34,643 bases of DNA from an uncultured Candidatus Sumerlaeota bacterium (GTDB taxonomy: Bacteria; CAYMEV01), in the NCBI GenBank assembly GCA_964389675.1, contig CAYMEV010000030.1, positions 1 to 34,643 on the forward strand, given 5' to 3'. This document shows, in pieces, positions 9,799 to 19,195 of the stretch. The first letter of the stretch is position 1; each line of letters starts with the position of its first letter. Both the position numbers and the translations under genes were made by a program. A model generated the notes under the pieces. That model searched no databases, had not been told where the DNA came from, and saw nothing but the letters and a program-made list of their open reading frames with translations.

Positions 9799-10193
9799 CT
9801 TAAATCCTCCTTGTTTCCTTTGCAGTCCCATGAAAGGAACTGCATGATTTCATCAATAAAAGTCTCAGGGTCGATTGGCTTTTCTATGTATCCTGTTGCA
9901 CCTGCGTCAAGGACCTTTTCCCTGTCTCCGGCCATGGCATATGATGTGACTGCAATAATAGGTATGCACTCAGTTGCTGAGTCCTTCTTCAGTCTGCCTG
10001 CTACGGCATAGCCATCCATCTCCGGAAGCTGGATGTCCAGCAGTATAGCATCAGGCTGCTTCTCCCTGGCTGCTCTTATCCCATCAAACCCGTTTTCTGT
10101 AAGTATAACATTAAACCCGTGTTTTTCAAGCAGAAATCTCATCATATATGAGTTCTGCTCATTATCTTCAATAATAAGAAGTGTGTAGCTCAT
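9795..10193 (-). CDS. Single-domain response regulator (DivK/CheY-like receiver)
   Basis: LLIIEDNEQN, LLDIQLPEMDG, PIIAVTSYAMAGDREK and YIEKP motifs. ATGA overlaps at both ends (10190-10193 and 9795-9798). Confidence 0.93.
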   Translation of the reverse strand: MSYTLLIIEDNEQNSYMMRFLLEKHGFNVILTENGFDGIRAAREKQPDAILLDIQLPEMDGYAVAGRLKKDSATECIPIIAVTSYAMAGDREKVLDAGATGYIEKPIDPETFIDEIMQFLSWDCKGNKEDLR

Positions 10194-12301
10194 ACCTGTT
10201 CTCCGATTTCTTTTGGGAAGCGTATAGTAAATGTGCTTCCCTCACCGTATCTGCTCTGAACATCAATTGTACCCCCCATCATTTTTATCAGTTTCCGGCA
10301 AATTGACAGGCCCAGCCCTGTTCCTTCCCTCTTCCTTGCAAGGCCGCTGTCCACCTGGCGAAAGGGTTTGAAGAGATCCTCTAAATCTTCGTTTTTTATT
10401 CCGATGCCTGTATCTGTGACTGATATAATGTAATAGCCGCCGTCAGACCTGCTTTTAAGTTCGACGCTTCCCTTTTCTGTAAACTTTACTGCATTGTTAA
10501 GAAGGTTTATTATTACCTGTTCTATCCTTCGCTGGTCTGTTTTTGCATAGCCTACATCATCACCTGCGCTGACCCTGATCTCAATCCCCTTTTGCTCTGC
10601 CAGCGGCGTTACTATCTTTATCATCTTTTCAATTGATGAACTCAGGTCAAACTCCCCTATTGAAAGCCTGAGCTGGTCAGCTTCTATCTTGGATATGTCA
10701 AGCACATCATTGATAAGAGCCAGAAGATGCCTTGAGCTCAACTGCACCATCTTCAGCTGTTTTTCCTGCTCCTCGTTCAGAGGCCCTGCCAATCCCTGCA
10801 GCAGTATCCCGGTGAAGCCAATTATGGAATTCAAAGGAGTCCTGAGTTCATGAGACATGGTAGCAAGAAAGGCTGACTTAAGCTGGTCTGCGGATTCAGC
10901 CTTCTCCTTCTGTACCTCCAGTTCTTTTGTCCTTTCCCTCACGTGCTTTTCAAGGTTTATGTTTATCTCCTTAAGCTCAGCCTCTGCTTTCTTTCTCATG
11001 GTAATATCCCTTACAATTGCCTGCACGAGATGTTCTCCGTCTATTTCAAGAAGATTAAGGCCGACCTCTGCAATGAAAGGTGTGCCGTCCAGCTTTGAGT
11101 GGAGCCACTCAAAAGACTGGGGGCCTTCCTTTCTTGCTGCCCTTATCTTATCCTTCGCCTTATCCTCTGAATTCATGCCATCAAGCTGGATCTTGGGTGA
11201 GAATTTGTACGGCGATGCCCCCAGCAGATCATCCCGTGTGCATCCGAACATCTCTGCCGCCCTGCTGTTGCACTCTACGAAACGATCCTCGTGAATAAGC
11301 AGTATCCCGTCATTGGCAGTCTCAAAAAGCATCCTGTACATATTTTCACTCTGGCGAAGTGACTGCTCTGTAAGCTTTATATCCCTGTTGATTTCTTCAA
11401 GCTGTTCATTTCGCAGAGCCAGCTCCCTTGTTCTTAAATTGACCTGATGCTTAAACACTATGCTTACTACGGCACCTGCAAATACAGCTGCTACAGCAAT
11501 AATGCCCCCATAGGTCACCCACCTGGGCAGCAGATGTATGCTTTCTTCAGATGTCCATTTCTTGAGTGATTCATAATACACCGAATCAGGGTCTTCTTTC
11601 ATTTTTGCCAGATGCATGTCTATAGCCCTGGAAAGATCCCTGTTTTTACCCTTCAGTGAAGCATAGAACAGCCTTGTGGGATTGAATATTATTGCGGTAT
11701 TGTCAACATGAAAATTCCCATTTTTCTCTGCTGAATAAAAGCGGTTCACAATTGCAGCATCCGCTTTCCCTTCCTCAACCTGTTCAAAGATCGTCTGGTA
11801 ATCAGGCATTGAAATAAGATCGATCTTCAGTCCGAATGATTCAGCCAGTTTTCTGAAAGCAGCCTCCTGCGCTGACCGTTCAAGGACCTCCACCTTCTTT
11901 CCTTCCAGGTCCACTATGGATTTTATATTGCTTCCCTTGTGTATATATACCTGGAACCAGTCTGAAAGGACAGGCTCATTGTGAAAAGAATATATTTCAT
12001 CTCTCTCTGCAGTATATGCCACATCCGGCATCAGGTCTATCCCGCCCTTTTCCAGCCTGTCAAGCCCCTCGCTCCAGGTCCCTGTTACATATTCTAATTC
12101 CCAGCCTTCCTCTTCTGAAATATATTCGAGTATATCTATAAAAATACCCTTCGGCGTCCCGTCCTCGGTAAAGATCTTGGGAGCATTCTCATATACCCCT
12201 ACCCTTACTGGCCTGGCTCCTGATACCAAAACAGCAGCAGATATAAAAACAGCAGCAAATACTGCTAACCTGCAAAAATTATATAACAGATGCCTCTTCA
12301 T
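10190..12301 (-). CDS. Membrane sensor histidine kinase: extracytoplasmic solute-binding (family 3) domain, TM, PAS, HisKA, HATPase
   Basis: N-terminal hydrophobic segment. SBP motifs VRVGVYENAPKIF, GIFIDIL and GKADAAI. TM YGGIIAVAAVFAGAVVSIVF. PAS ending VRDIT. H box MSHELRTPLNSIIGF, NLLNNAVKFT and GTGLGL. ATG 12301 is preferred over GTG 12316 because the SD-like GAGGTG overlaps the latter; the start is uncertain. Confidence 0.92.
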   Translation of the reverse strand: MKRHLLYNFCRLAVFAAVFISAAVLVSGARPVRVGVYENAPKIFTEDGTPKGIFIDILEYISEEEGWELEYVTGTWSEGLDRLEKGGIDLMPDVAYTAERDEIYSFHNEPVLSDWFQVYIHKGSNIKSIVDLEGKKVEVLERSAQEAAFRKLAESFGLKIDLISMPDYQTIFEQVEEGKADAAIVNRFYSAEKNGNFHVDNTAIIFNPTRLFYASLKGKNRDLSRAIDMHLAKMKEDPDSVYYESLKKWTSEESIHLLPRWVTYGGIIAVAAVFAGAVVSIVFKHQVNLRTRELALRNEQLEEINRDIKLTEQSLRQSENMYRMLFETANDGILLIHEDRFVECNSRAAEMFGCTRDDLLGASPYKFSPKIQLDGMNSEDKAKDKIRAARKEGPQSFEWLHSKLDGTPFIAEVGLNLLEIDGEHLVQAIVRDITMRKKAEAELKEININLEKHVRERTKELEVQKEKAESADQLKSAFLATMSHELRTPLNSIIGFTGILLQGLAGPLNEEQEKQLKMVQLSSRHLLALINDVLDISKIEADQLRLSIGEFDLSSSIEKMIKIVTPLAEQKGIEIRVSAGDDVGYAKTDQRRIEQVIINLLNNAVKFTEKGSVELKSRSDGGYYIISVTDTGIGIKNEDLEDLFKPFRQVDSGLARKREGTGLGLSICRKLIKMMGGTIDVQSRYGEGSTFTIRFPKEIGEQV

Positions 12302-12537
12302 CCTAAGGATTCCCACCTCTCTTAGCAGATATTATACTGATATCAGGGTTATTTACTGCATAAAAAGTCACTTATTTAATTATGCATAAAAATACCTGCA
12401 AAGTCAAAAATAATTCTATTAAAGAAAAATTATTTTTATGGCAATATAACATTCCTTATCAGGAGTTTTTTCATCACTTTTTTTTTGATTTTTCTTTTCT
12501 GCTTAATTAACATATTAATAAACAAGGAGGTATAATT

Positions 12538-13152
12538 ATGGGTTTTCTTTCCAGCTTATTTAAAAAGACATACAATGAAAAGGATAATACAGGGACAAGG
12601 CATGACAGTGCCGAGTTTGCAACTGCCTACTGGATTACGCGCAATAAGAACCAGAAATTCGATCCATTCCTTCTCTATCTTTTTGATAATGAAAGCGATG
12701 CGAAAAAAGCACTTTTAGAGCTTGACTGCATACATGAAGCAGCTGACACCAGAAAGCTTATATGCAGGGAAATGCTTATATTCGGCTATTATAAAACCGA
12801 AAGAGGCAACTTTGAAGCTATTCTATGCGGAGAAGAATTGTCCCCTTCTCTTTACCAGAAAGCTCAGAAGGCATTTGTCAAGCATAATGGCAGAAAAAAG
12901 AACGAACTTGCCCCGAAAAAACAGCCTCCTAAACCAAAATCATCCCCTGCAGGGCAGGTCCAATTCGTCCGTGAAGACCGCCAGCAGAGAATGGGGCATA
13001 CCATGATCTACCGCATCCACAAGGCTCCCAATGCTGCAACAGCAAAGGCTTTCCTTGAGAAAAACCCTGTTACAAAACAGCTGTACTATATAGTTGTGGA
13101 AACACCTGAAGGAAACTACTGCAGGGATATACAGGGGATGTACAAGGAATAG
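12538..13152 (+). CDS. Hypothetical protein (204 aa), apparently two domains joined by a Pro/Lys linker
   Basis: Strong SD AAGGAGG before the ATG. Amphipathic N-terminus MGFLSSLFKK and linker APKKQPPKPKSSP. No family recognised. Confidence 0.8.
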   Translation: MGFLSSLFKKTYNEKDNTGTRHDSAEFATAYWITRNKNQKFDPFLLYLFDNESDAKKALLELDCIHEAADTRKLICREMLIFGYYKTERGNFEAILCGEELSPSLYQKAQKAFVKHNGRKKNELAPKKQPPKPKSSPAGQVQFVREDRQQRMGHTMIYRIHKAPNAATAKAFLEKNPVTKQLYYIVVETPEGNYCRDIQGMYKE

Positions 13153-13444
13153 TCGGTATTATTACAATTTATTATTGCATTAATCTGGAAAGAAAGAATT
13201 CAGACATAAAGGCAGACAGACCATAACTAAATGACTAAAAATAATTTTTTGCATTTTTCATTTTAATTTATAGAAAATAATTCAATAAATAACTGAGAAA
13301 CGTACTGCTGCAGAAAAGCTGAGGATCCTCTCAAGAAAAACCACGAAAGACTACATTCCAAGAAATGAAAATTAATTTCTCATTTTTTTTAATTTAAATA
13401 TAATAGGCCTATGTCATAAAAACAGAAATAGGAGTTTTGAATCT

Positions 13445-13717
13445 ATGGCAAGTACTGAGTATGAAATACTCGAACATGTAGGAGTTATCAGCGAGACATC
13501 AAACGGATGGACCAAGGAGCTGAACCTTGTATCATGGAACAAGCACAAACCCGAGTATGAGATAAGGACATGGGAACATGAGAACAACAAGACTGGAAAA
13601 GGCATTACCCTGACACTCGAGGAGCTTGTCACATTAAAAGAGCTGCTTGAAGGCATGGACCTGGAGAACATTGAAGAAAACGCATATGAAGATGACTATG
13701 AGGACATAGACTATTAG
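13445..13717 (+). CDS. YdbC/PC4-family single-stranded nucleic-acid-binding protein
   Basis: Signature GWTKELNLVSWN...YEIRTW...GKGITLT. SD AGGAG. Acidic tail. Confidence 0.88.
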   Translation: MASTEYEILEHVGVISETSNGWTKELNLVSWNKHKPEYEIRTWEHENNKTGKGITLTLEELVTLKELLEGMDLENIEENAYEDDYEDIDY

Positions 13718-14123
13718 TAATTTTTAATATCAAAAGCCATATATCTGACTGAAAATTTATTAAAACACTGTTATTATCATTTTTGAAGGCATGCTTTATC
13801 AATTATCCTGAAAATTATTGCCTTCTTATAAAATACATATAGTTTCTTCATGCAAAACAATACATTGAGCTGGATGCTTTAAGGCCATTCCTCGCGGGAT
13901 GGTTACCATTTATGATATAATAAACTCCATACATTTCTGGCCTTTAATAATCAAACCATATATTCCTACCCTTAAAATAATAATCAATATGAGAAAGCTG
14001 CACAAGGTATTAAAACCTTTTTTTAACTGGAATTCTGCATAAGGATCAATATAGAAAGATTTCCTGTTAACAAGGGATAAATAAGGCATTGCAAATTTAA
14101 AGAATAGAAAATCAACAAATACA

Positions 14124-14152
14124 TTGAATAATACTGCAGTTTAGTTTACAAT
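14124..14152 (+). promoter_or_regulatory. Putative sigma70-type promoter of the SBBP-repeat gene
   Basis: TTGAAT (14124-14129), 17-nt spacer, TACAAT (14147-14152), followed by SD GGAGG at 14176-14180. Confidence 0.55.
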
Positions 14153-14186
14153 AATATTCAATATTGTTTAAATTGGGAGGTATCTT

Positions 14187-16247
14187 TTGATGTTAAAAAA
14201 TATAATACTCTTTTTATCAATAATCTTATTTGCTTTGTTTTATTCTCCTTCAGCTTATGCATTTCCGCCCTATCTATGGGCAGAAAATTTTGGCGGTACA
14301 GGAGATGATGCCAGCGAAGATACTGGAGTAGATGGATACGGCAATGTATACATTACGGGCTGGTTTTCGGATACAATTGTTTTCGGCGATAAGGAGGTTA
14401 TTTCCAATGGTAAAAATGATATTTTTATCGCAAAGTTGAACAGTGAAGGAGAATGCCTCTGGGTAAAAAGCGCTGGGTCAGCAGAAGTAGATTGTTCCTA
14501 CTGTATATATGTAAATTTCTGGGGTTATTCAATTATTACCGGTTGTTTTCAGGAAACGGTAAACTTTGGTGATATCGAGCTTGTTTCAGATGGCAATATG
14601 GATATGTTTATTGCAAAGCTTGACCCTGATGGGAATTTTCTCTGGGCAAAAAGGGCAGGAGGCGTGGAGATGGATGTAGCAGCGGGTATAATAGCTGATT
14701 CCATGGGCTATTCATATATAACCGGATGTTTTTCAGGTAATGCATTTTTCGGTGATACAGAACTGACCTGTGATGGACAAACAGATATATTCATTGCAAA
14801 GATCAGCCCCCATGGGAATTTCTTATGGGCCACCAAAGCAGGCGGGGCTGACTATGACGCAGGTATTTCTGTTGCTGTTGATACGGAAGGTAATATCTAT
14901 TGTACAGGTTCATTCATGGACACTGCATACTTTGGTGATACACAGCTGGTATCAAACGGTGATTATGATATCTTTATTGCTGGCCTGTATCCTGATGGCA
15001 GTTTCAAATGGGCCAAGGGGGCTGGTGCACAAGATGAATCTTGGGCGAAAGATTATGGAAGGGACATTGCAACAGACAGTTCCGGAAATGTTTATGTCAC
15101 TGGCGGTTTCCACAATACAACGTATTTTGATGATATAGAGCTTACTGCTTATGGCTATGAGAATGCTTCAGACATATTTATAGCAAAGCTCAATGCTGAC
15201 GGTGATTACCAATGGGTCAGGCATGCCGGGCAATCAGGAGCTGACCAAGGAATGAGCATTTTTTCCACTCCAGGCGGTGACTGCTATTTCACAGGTTATT
15301 TCCAGGAAGCTGCCACTTTCGGCAACTTTACTATAAGTTACCTCGATATGGACGGCATTCATATATTTGCTGCGAAGATGGATACTGAGGGAAATTTCCT
15401 TTGGGCAAAGGGCGGTTATGGGTATCTGATAAAGCACGGAAATGGCATAGCAGTTGATAATGCAGGATGCACATATATATCAGGCTATTTCTATGACACT
15501 GTATTATTTGATTCAATGCAGATATACTCTGCCGGAGAGCGTGATATACTTGTGGCAAAGCTTTCCTACGGAACCCCCAGTGGACCGGATGCAAGCATTG
15601 TATCCCAGGATATAGTTTTAAGCCCATCCTTCCCAAGCCCCGGTGATACTGTTGAGATTACTGCAAGGGTAAGAAACACAGGTACAGCTGATATAAATTC
15701 TGGGAATGTAAATTTTTATTTCAGTCAGATACCAGGTACAGACCTTCAGCTGATAGAAAGTAACAGTTTTTCAAATATAGCTCCCTCAGGCTATAGTGAT
15801 ATCACTATAAACTGGAATTCAGACCCGGGGCTTGAACAGATACCCTATGTCCTTACTGTGGAAATTACAGGTGTAGAACCATCAGAGTCTTATACAGGCA
15901 ATAATACAGCCTACAAAGAATTGCCGCTTCCTGTTGAGATTGGATACTTCTTAGCACTGGGTACTGGTGATAAAGTCCGAATAAACTGGATGACTGTCTC
16001 AGAAATTGATAATCTTGGTTTTAACCTTTACAGATTAAAAAAGGGGAAAATAAGCCCATTTTTATCTTCCAGCCCTGTCAAACTGAATGATGAACTTATA
16101 CAGGGACAGGGCACATCATCAGACCCTGCAGACTATTCCTATAGCGACAATATAAAGAATATGGGAAAATATATATATATTCTTGAATCAGTCTCGATCA
16201 GCGGTGAGACCAGAGAATTCAGGACAGAACTGCAGTGGATTCTTTAA
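14187..16247 (+). CDS. Secreted SBBP-repeat beta-propeller protein with a CARDB/Ig-like domain and a C-terminal LPVE-type domain
   Basis: Signal peptide ending PSAYA. Seven repeats of type (V)DxxGNxYxTGxF...DIFIAKL...G..LW. CARDB-like GDTVEITARVRNTGTAD...ESYTGNNTA. Terminal LPVEIGYFLA...INWMTVSEIDNLGFNLYR. Start is TTG 14187 or ATG 14190. Confidence 0.88.
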   Translation: MMLKNIILFLSIILFALFYSPSAYAFPPYLWAENFGGTGDDASEDTGVDGYGNVYITGWFSDTIVFGDKEVISNGKNDIFIAKLNSEGECLWVKSAGSAEVDCSYCIYVNFWGYSIITGCFQETVNFGDIELVSDGNMDMFIAKLDPDGNFLWAKRAGGVEMDVAAGIIADSMGYSYITGCFSGNAFFGDTELTCDGQTDIFIAKISPHGNFLWATKAGGADYDAGISVAVDTEGNIYCTGSFMDTAYFGDTQLVSNGDYDIFIAGLYPDGSFKWAKGAGAQDESWAKDYGRDIATDSSGNVYVTGGFHNTTYFDDIELTAYGYENASDIFIAKLNADGDYQWVRHAGQSGADQGMSIFSTPGGDCYFTGYFQEAATFGNFTISYLDMDGIHIFAAKMDTEGNFLWAKGGYGYLIKHGNGIAVDNAGCTYISGYFYDTVLFDSMQIYSAGERDILVAKLSYGTPSGPDASIVSQDIVLSPSFPSPGDTVEITARVRNTGTADINSGNVNFYFSQIPGTDLQLIESNSFSNIAPSGYSDITINWNSDPGLEQIPYVLTVEITGVEPSESYTGNNTAYKELPLPVEIGYFLALGTGDKVRINWMTVSEIDNLGFNLYRLKKGKISPFLSSSPVKLNDELIQGQGTSSDPADYSYSDNIKNMGKYIYILESVSISGETREFRTELQWIL

Positions 16248-16527
16248 TGAGGCATAACTGTGGAAATTAAAAAAGAATTATTCAGTTTAATATTTTATAT
16301 ATTATGAAAGGGTACTGAAAAGATAGAATTAGTAATTGCATTATAATAATTATACTAATTACCATAGAAAGAATATTTTCATAATTTTTTTGTAATTCTG
16401 AGAAAAATTTATTATTTTATATAAAAATATTATCGAGAACAATCCTTTCTAGGATATTTCAAGCTAACTGGATAAGCAAGTTAAATTAAAACATTTAATT
16501 GATATAAATCAAAAAGGAGACTGATTT

Positions 16528-18735
16528 ATGAAAAGAACAGCCATTTTTCTAACATTAATGTTTATCCTTACATTAAGCATTACTTTTGCCGAGTATGATA
16601 AACTAACTGCATCTGATATGATGATATCTGACAGCCAGAATCTATTTATGCAGGAAAACAGGGGTTCCCATTACTGGGATACCGGGATAGGCAATCCGGG
16701 AATGGATGACGATTACTGTTATGTATTTGCTCTAACCATTTATAATGGCGATTTGATAGCAGCAGGCCAGTTCTGGACTGCAGGCGGTATATCTGTGGAT
16801 GAATTTGCAAAATGGGACGGGGCTTCATGGTCAGGCCTGGGCAATTATGGGTCAGACGGCATGGTAAGAGCTCTTACAGTATATAATGACGATCTTATAG
16901 CAGGCGGGTACTTTCAGAATTTAAATGGCATGGCTGTAAATGGCATTGCCAAATATGACGGAGCCAGCTGGTCTGCGCTTAGCACCGGAATGGGGACTAC
17001 CAATCCTTATGTACGTGCACTTACCGTTTATGACGGATATCTTATTGCAGGTGGGACTTTTACTGCTTCCGGGGGAGCGGCAGGAGACCGCATTGCAAAA
17101 TGGAACGGGACTTCATGGTCTGCTCTGGGGTCCGGGATGAACAGCACTGTCTACAGCCTCACCGTATATGATGGCTGTCTGTATGCAGGAGGGACATTCA
17201 CAACTGCCGGCGGCGTAACTGTGAACCGCATTGCCAGATGGGACGGGACTTCATGGTCTGCTCTGGGATCAGGGATGAACAGCACTGTCTACAGCCTTAC
17301 CGTATATGATGGCTGTCTTGTTGCAGGGGGCTCTTTTACAACTGCCGGGGGCGTAACTGTGAACAATATTGCTAAATGGGATGGCAGCTCATGGTCTGCT
17401 ATGGGGTCCGGTATTTCTGCCAGCAGTGAAGTCTATGCACTTAAATTCATAGGCAATGACCTGTATGCAGGCGGGACATTCATCAATGCCGGGAGCGTGA
17501 CTGTGAACCGCATTGCTAAATGGGACGGTAGCTCATGGTCTGCCCTTGGATCTGGTATGAATTCTACTGTAGCAGCACTTGAAAACTATAATGGCTCTCT
17601 TATTGCAGGGGGTCATTTTACCACAGCTGGAGGTATTACATCAAACCATATTGCCAGGTGGTATTACAGGGACTCTGCCGCAATAAGCCTCGAGAATGCT
17701 TCGCTTGAAGGAATATGGCAATGGGATTATGACCCTTCCAGGTCACCATATATAGAATCAAAGGGTTCAAGCTGGAGTAAGATCCTTTCAGGGGTTTCTG
17801 CAACAAGGATCCTTGCCGGGGATATATCCGATGATGGAAATCTTGAACTGGTGGCCTTATTCCCTGATATGGGCCTTTATTATTATGATATTGCAGGCGC
17901 TTTATGGACAAATATTATATGCAGTACAGCCGGTTGCACAGACTTTACAATAGCCAGGACATCATCAGATGGCCCTGTTGAGGTTGTTGCAACATTTGAA
18001 GAGACCGGGATACAGAAATGGACATTTCAGGATGCCTGGACGGTTATCAACAGCATGTCGGCAGACCTGCTAATAGCCTCTGATATAAACAGGGATGAAA
18101 ATTCAATTGATGAACTGGTCCTTGCCCTTACGGGGTATGAAGGATTCCTGATATATGACTTTGCAACTGAACAGTTCTCAAGCATTATAAATATCAGCCC
18201 ATCCCAGGTCGTGCCAGCTGATGTTACAGGGGATGGTTATGATGAGCTTATATCCGTTTTTGACGGGTTCGGCATTTACCTTGTAAGGTATCTTCCAGAA
18301 AAGGGGCTTGACATAAAAACCGCCTCAGAGATCGATCCGGCTTTTGACCTTATCAGTGATATAACAGAAAACTCCATCTGGGTATCAAAAGACAGATGCA
18401 GCAGGGGCTTCCAGTTCAACAGGCTTACATGCGGTTCCCCGGCTGCAGGCCATTTTGCAGCAGCTGGAGATATAACCGGAGACAGCGGTGCTGAGGTCAT
18501 ATTTACCTATACTGACGGAAAGACATACTATTATGAATATGAAGCAAAGGGCTGGGCAACACTCGTCATGGCCTCCCTAAAGAGGATAACCTCAGGCAGA
18601 TTTACCGGAGGTGCCAGGGATGACCTTATTGCCTGCGAGACATCCACCGGAAATATTTACCTGAGGGTTACATCAACAGAAACATGGGAAAACATAGCTG
18701 CATACGGAGATACGAATGCAATGACAGCATATTAG
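16528..18735 (+). CDS. Secreted protein with seven ~46-aa WDG-repeat units (one predicted propeller) plus the shared C-terminal FG-GAP-like propeller
   Basis: SD AAGGAG. Signal peptide MKRTAIFLTLMFILTLSITFA. Repeats L(Y/I)AGGxFTTAGGxxxNxIAxWDGxSWSALGSG. The region from 17671 aligns by eye with the C-termini of both proteases. Confidence 0.88.
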   Translation: MKRTAIFLTLMFILTLSITFAEYDKLTASDMMISDSQNLFMQENRGSHYWDTGIGNPGMDDDYCYVFALTIYNGDLIAAGQFWTAGGISVDEFAKWDGASWSGLGNYGSDGMVRALTVYNDDLIAGGYFQNLNGMAVNGIAKYDGASWSALSTGMGTTNPYVRALTVYDGYLIAGGTFTASGGAAGDRIAKWNGTSWSALGSGMNSTVYSLTVYDGCLYAGGTFTTAGGVTVNRIARWDGTSWSALGSGMNSTVYSLTVYDGCLVAGGSFTTAGGVTVNNIAKWDGSSWSAMGSGISASSEVYALKFIGNDLYAGGTFINAGSVTVNRIAKWDGSSWSALGSGMNSTVAALENYNGSLIAGGHFTTAGGITSNHIARWYYRDSAAISLENASLEGIWQWDYDPSRSPYIESKGSSWSKILSGVSATRILAGDISDDGNLELVALFPDMGLYYYDIAGALWTNIICSTAGCTDFTIARTSSDGPVEVVATFEETGIQKWTFQDAWTVINSMSADLLIASDINRDENSIDELVLALTGYEGFLIYDFATEQFSSIINISPSQVVPADVTGDGYDELISVFDGFGIYLVRYLPEKGLDIKTASEIDPAFDLISDITENSIWVSKDRCSRGFQFNRLTCGSPAAGHFAAAGDITGDSGAEVIFTYTDGKTYYYEYEAKGWATLVMASLKRITSGRFTGGARDDLIACETSTGNIYLRVTSTETWENIAAYGDTNAMTAY
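17101..17376 (+). repeat. Near-identical 138-bp tandem duplication (two propeller blades)
   Basis: Units start at 17101 and 17239 and share long identical stretches such as acgggacttcatggtctgctctggg and gggatgaacagcactgtctacagcct. Confidence 0.85.
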
Positions 18736-18765
18736 GATAAAGGGGGCGATGCCCCCTTATCTTTT
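18736..18765 (+). terminator. Rho-independent terminator
   Basis: gataaaGGGGGC-gat-GCCCCCttatc followed by TTTT, immediately after the stop at 18735. Confidence 0.8.
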
Positions 18766-18961
18766 CATGTCTTAATCATTCCGCATCTTTTATAAGTACT
18801 TTTAAATTAAAGACTTTTTAATTTTTTGATTTTTCCTCTAAGACAACGATTAAAAAAAGCTGAAATCAAAATATTAAATACTAAAGACCTCATCTCATTT
18901 TATAAAAAACTTATTAAAATGCTTAGCTGGTACAAAAGCAAATATGTATTTTAAGGGTTTA

Positions 18962-19195
18962 TTATGATTTCAGAGCTCTCTTTATTTCATCAGGTTTCAG
19001 CACCTTTCCCGCTGATACTAATTTCCCGTCCACAATGAGCGCAGGCGTCACCATTACACCATGATCAACAATGTCTTTAATCTTGGTGATCTTTACAATA
19101 TCAGCTTCAATGCCCAGTTCCTTAACTGCATCTCTTGCATTTGATTCAAGCGCCCTGCATTTGGGACAGCCGCTTCCCAATATCTTAATCTCCAT
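18962..19195 (-). CDS. Small redox-active disulfide protein (thioredoxin-like, MTH895-type)
   Basis: [13 protein letters not shown] (CxxC) and GVMVTPALIVDG. Start reassigned to ATG 19195 with SD AAGGAGTG. Overlaps the arsC 3' end. Confidence 0.9.
   Translation of the reverse strand: MEIKILGSGCPKCRALESNARDAVKELGIEADIVKITKIKDIVDHGVMVTPALIVDGKLVSAGKVLKPDEIKRALKS

Noticed and set aside
13860-13945. Hairpin CCATTCC-tcgc-GGGATGG (13885-13902), reminiscent on the minus strand of a c-di-GMP-I riboswitch stem with a GNRA loop
   Set aside because: The conserved GGCAAA and GACGCAAAGC elements are missing, no second stem is evident, and no minus-strand gene lies directly downstream.
16248-16527. AT-rich spacer with short inverted repeats (e.g. 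AATTAGTA...TACTAATT, 16327-16360)
   Set aside because: Expected by chance at this AT content. No iteron, att-site or RNA pattern was recognised.
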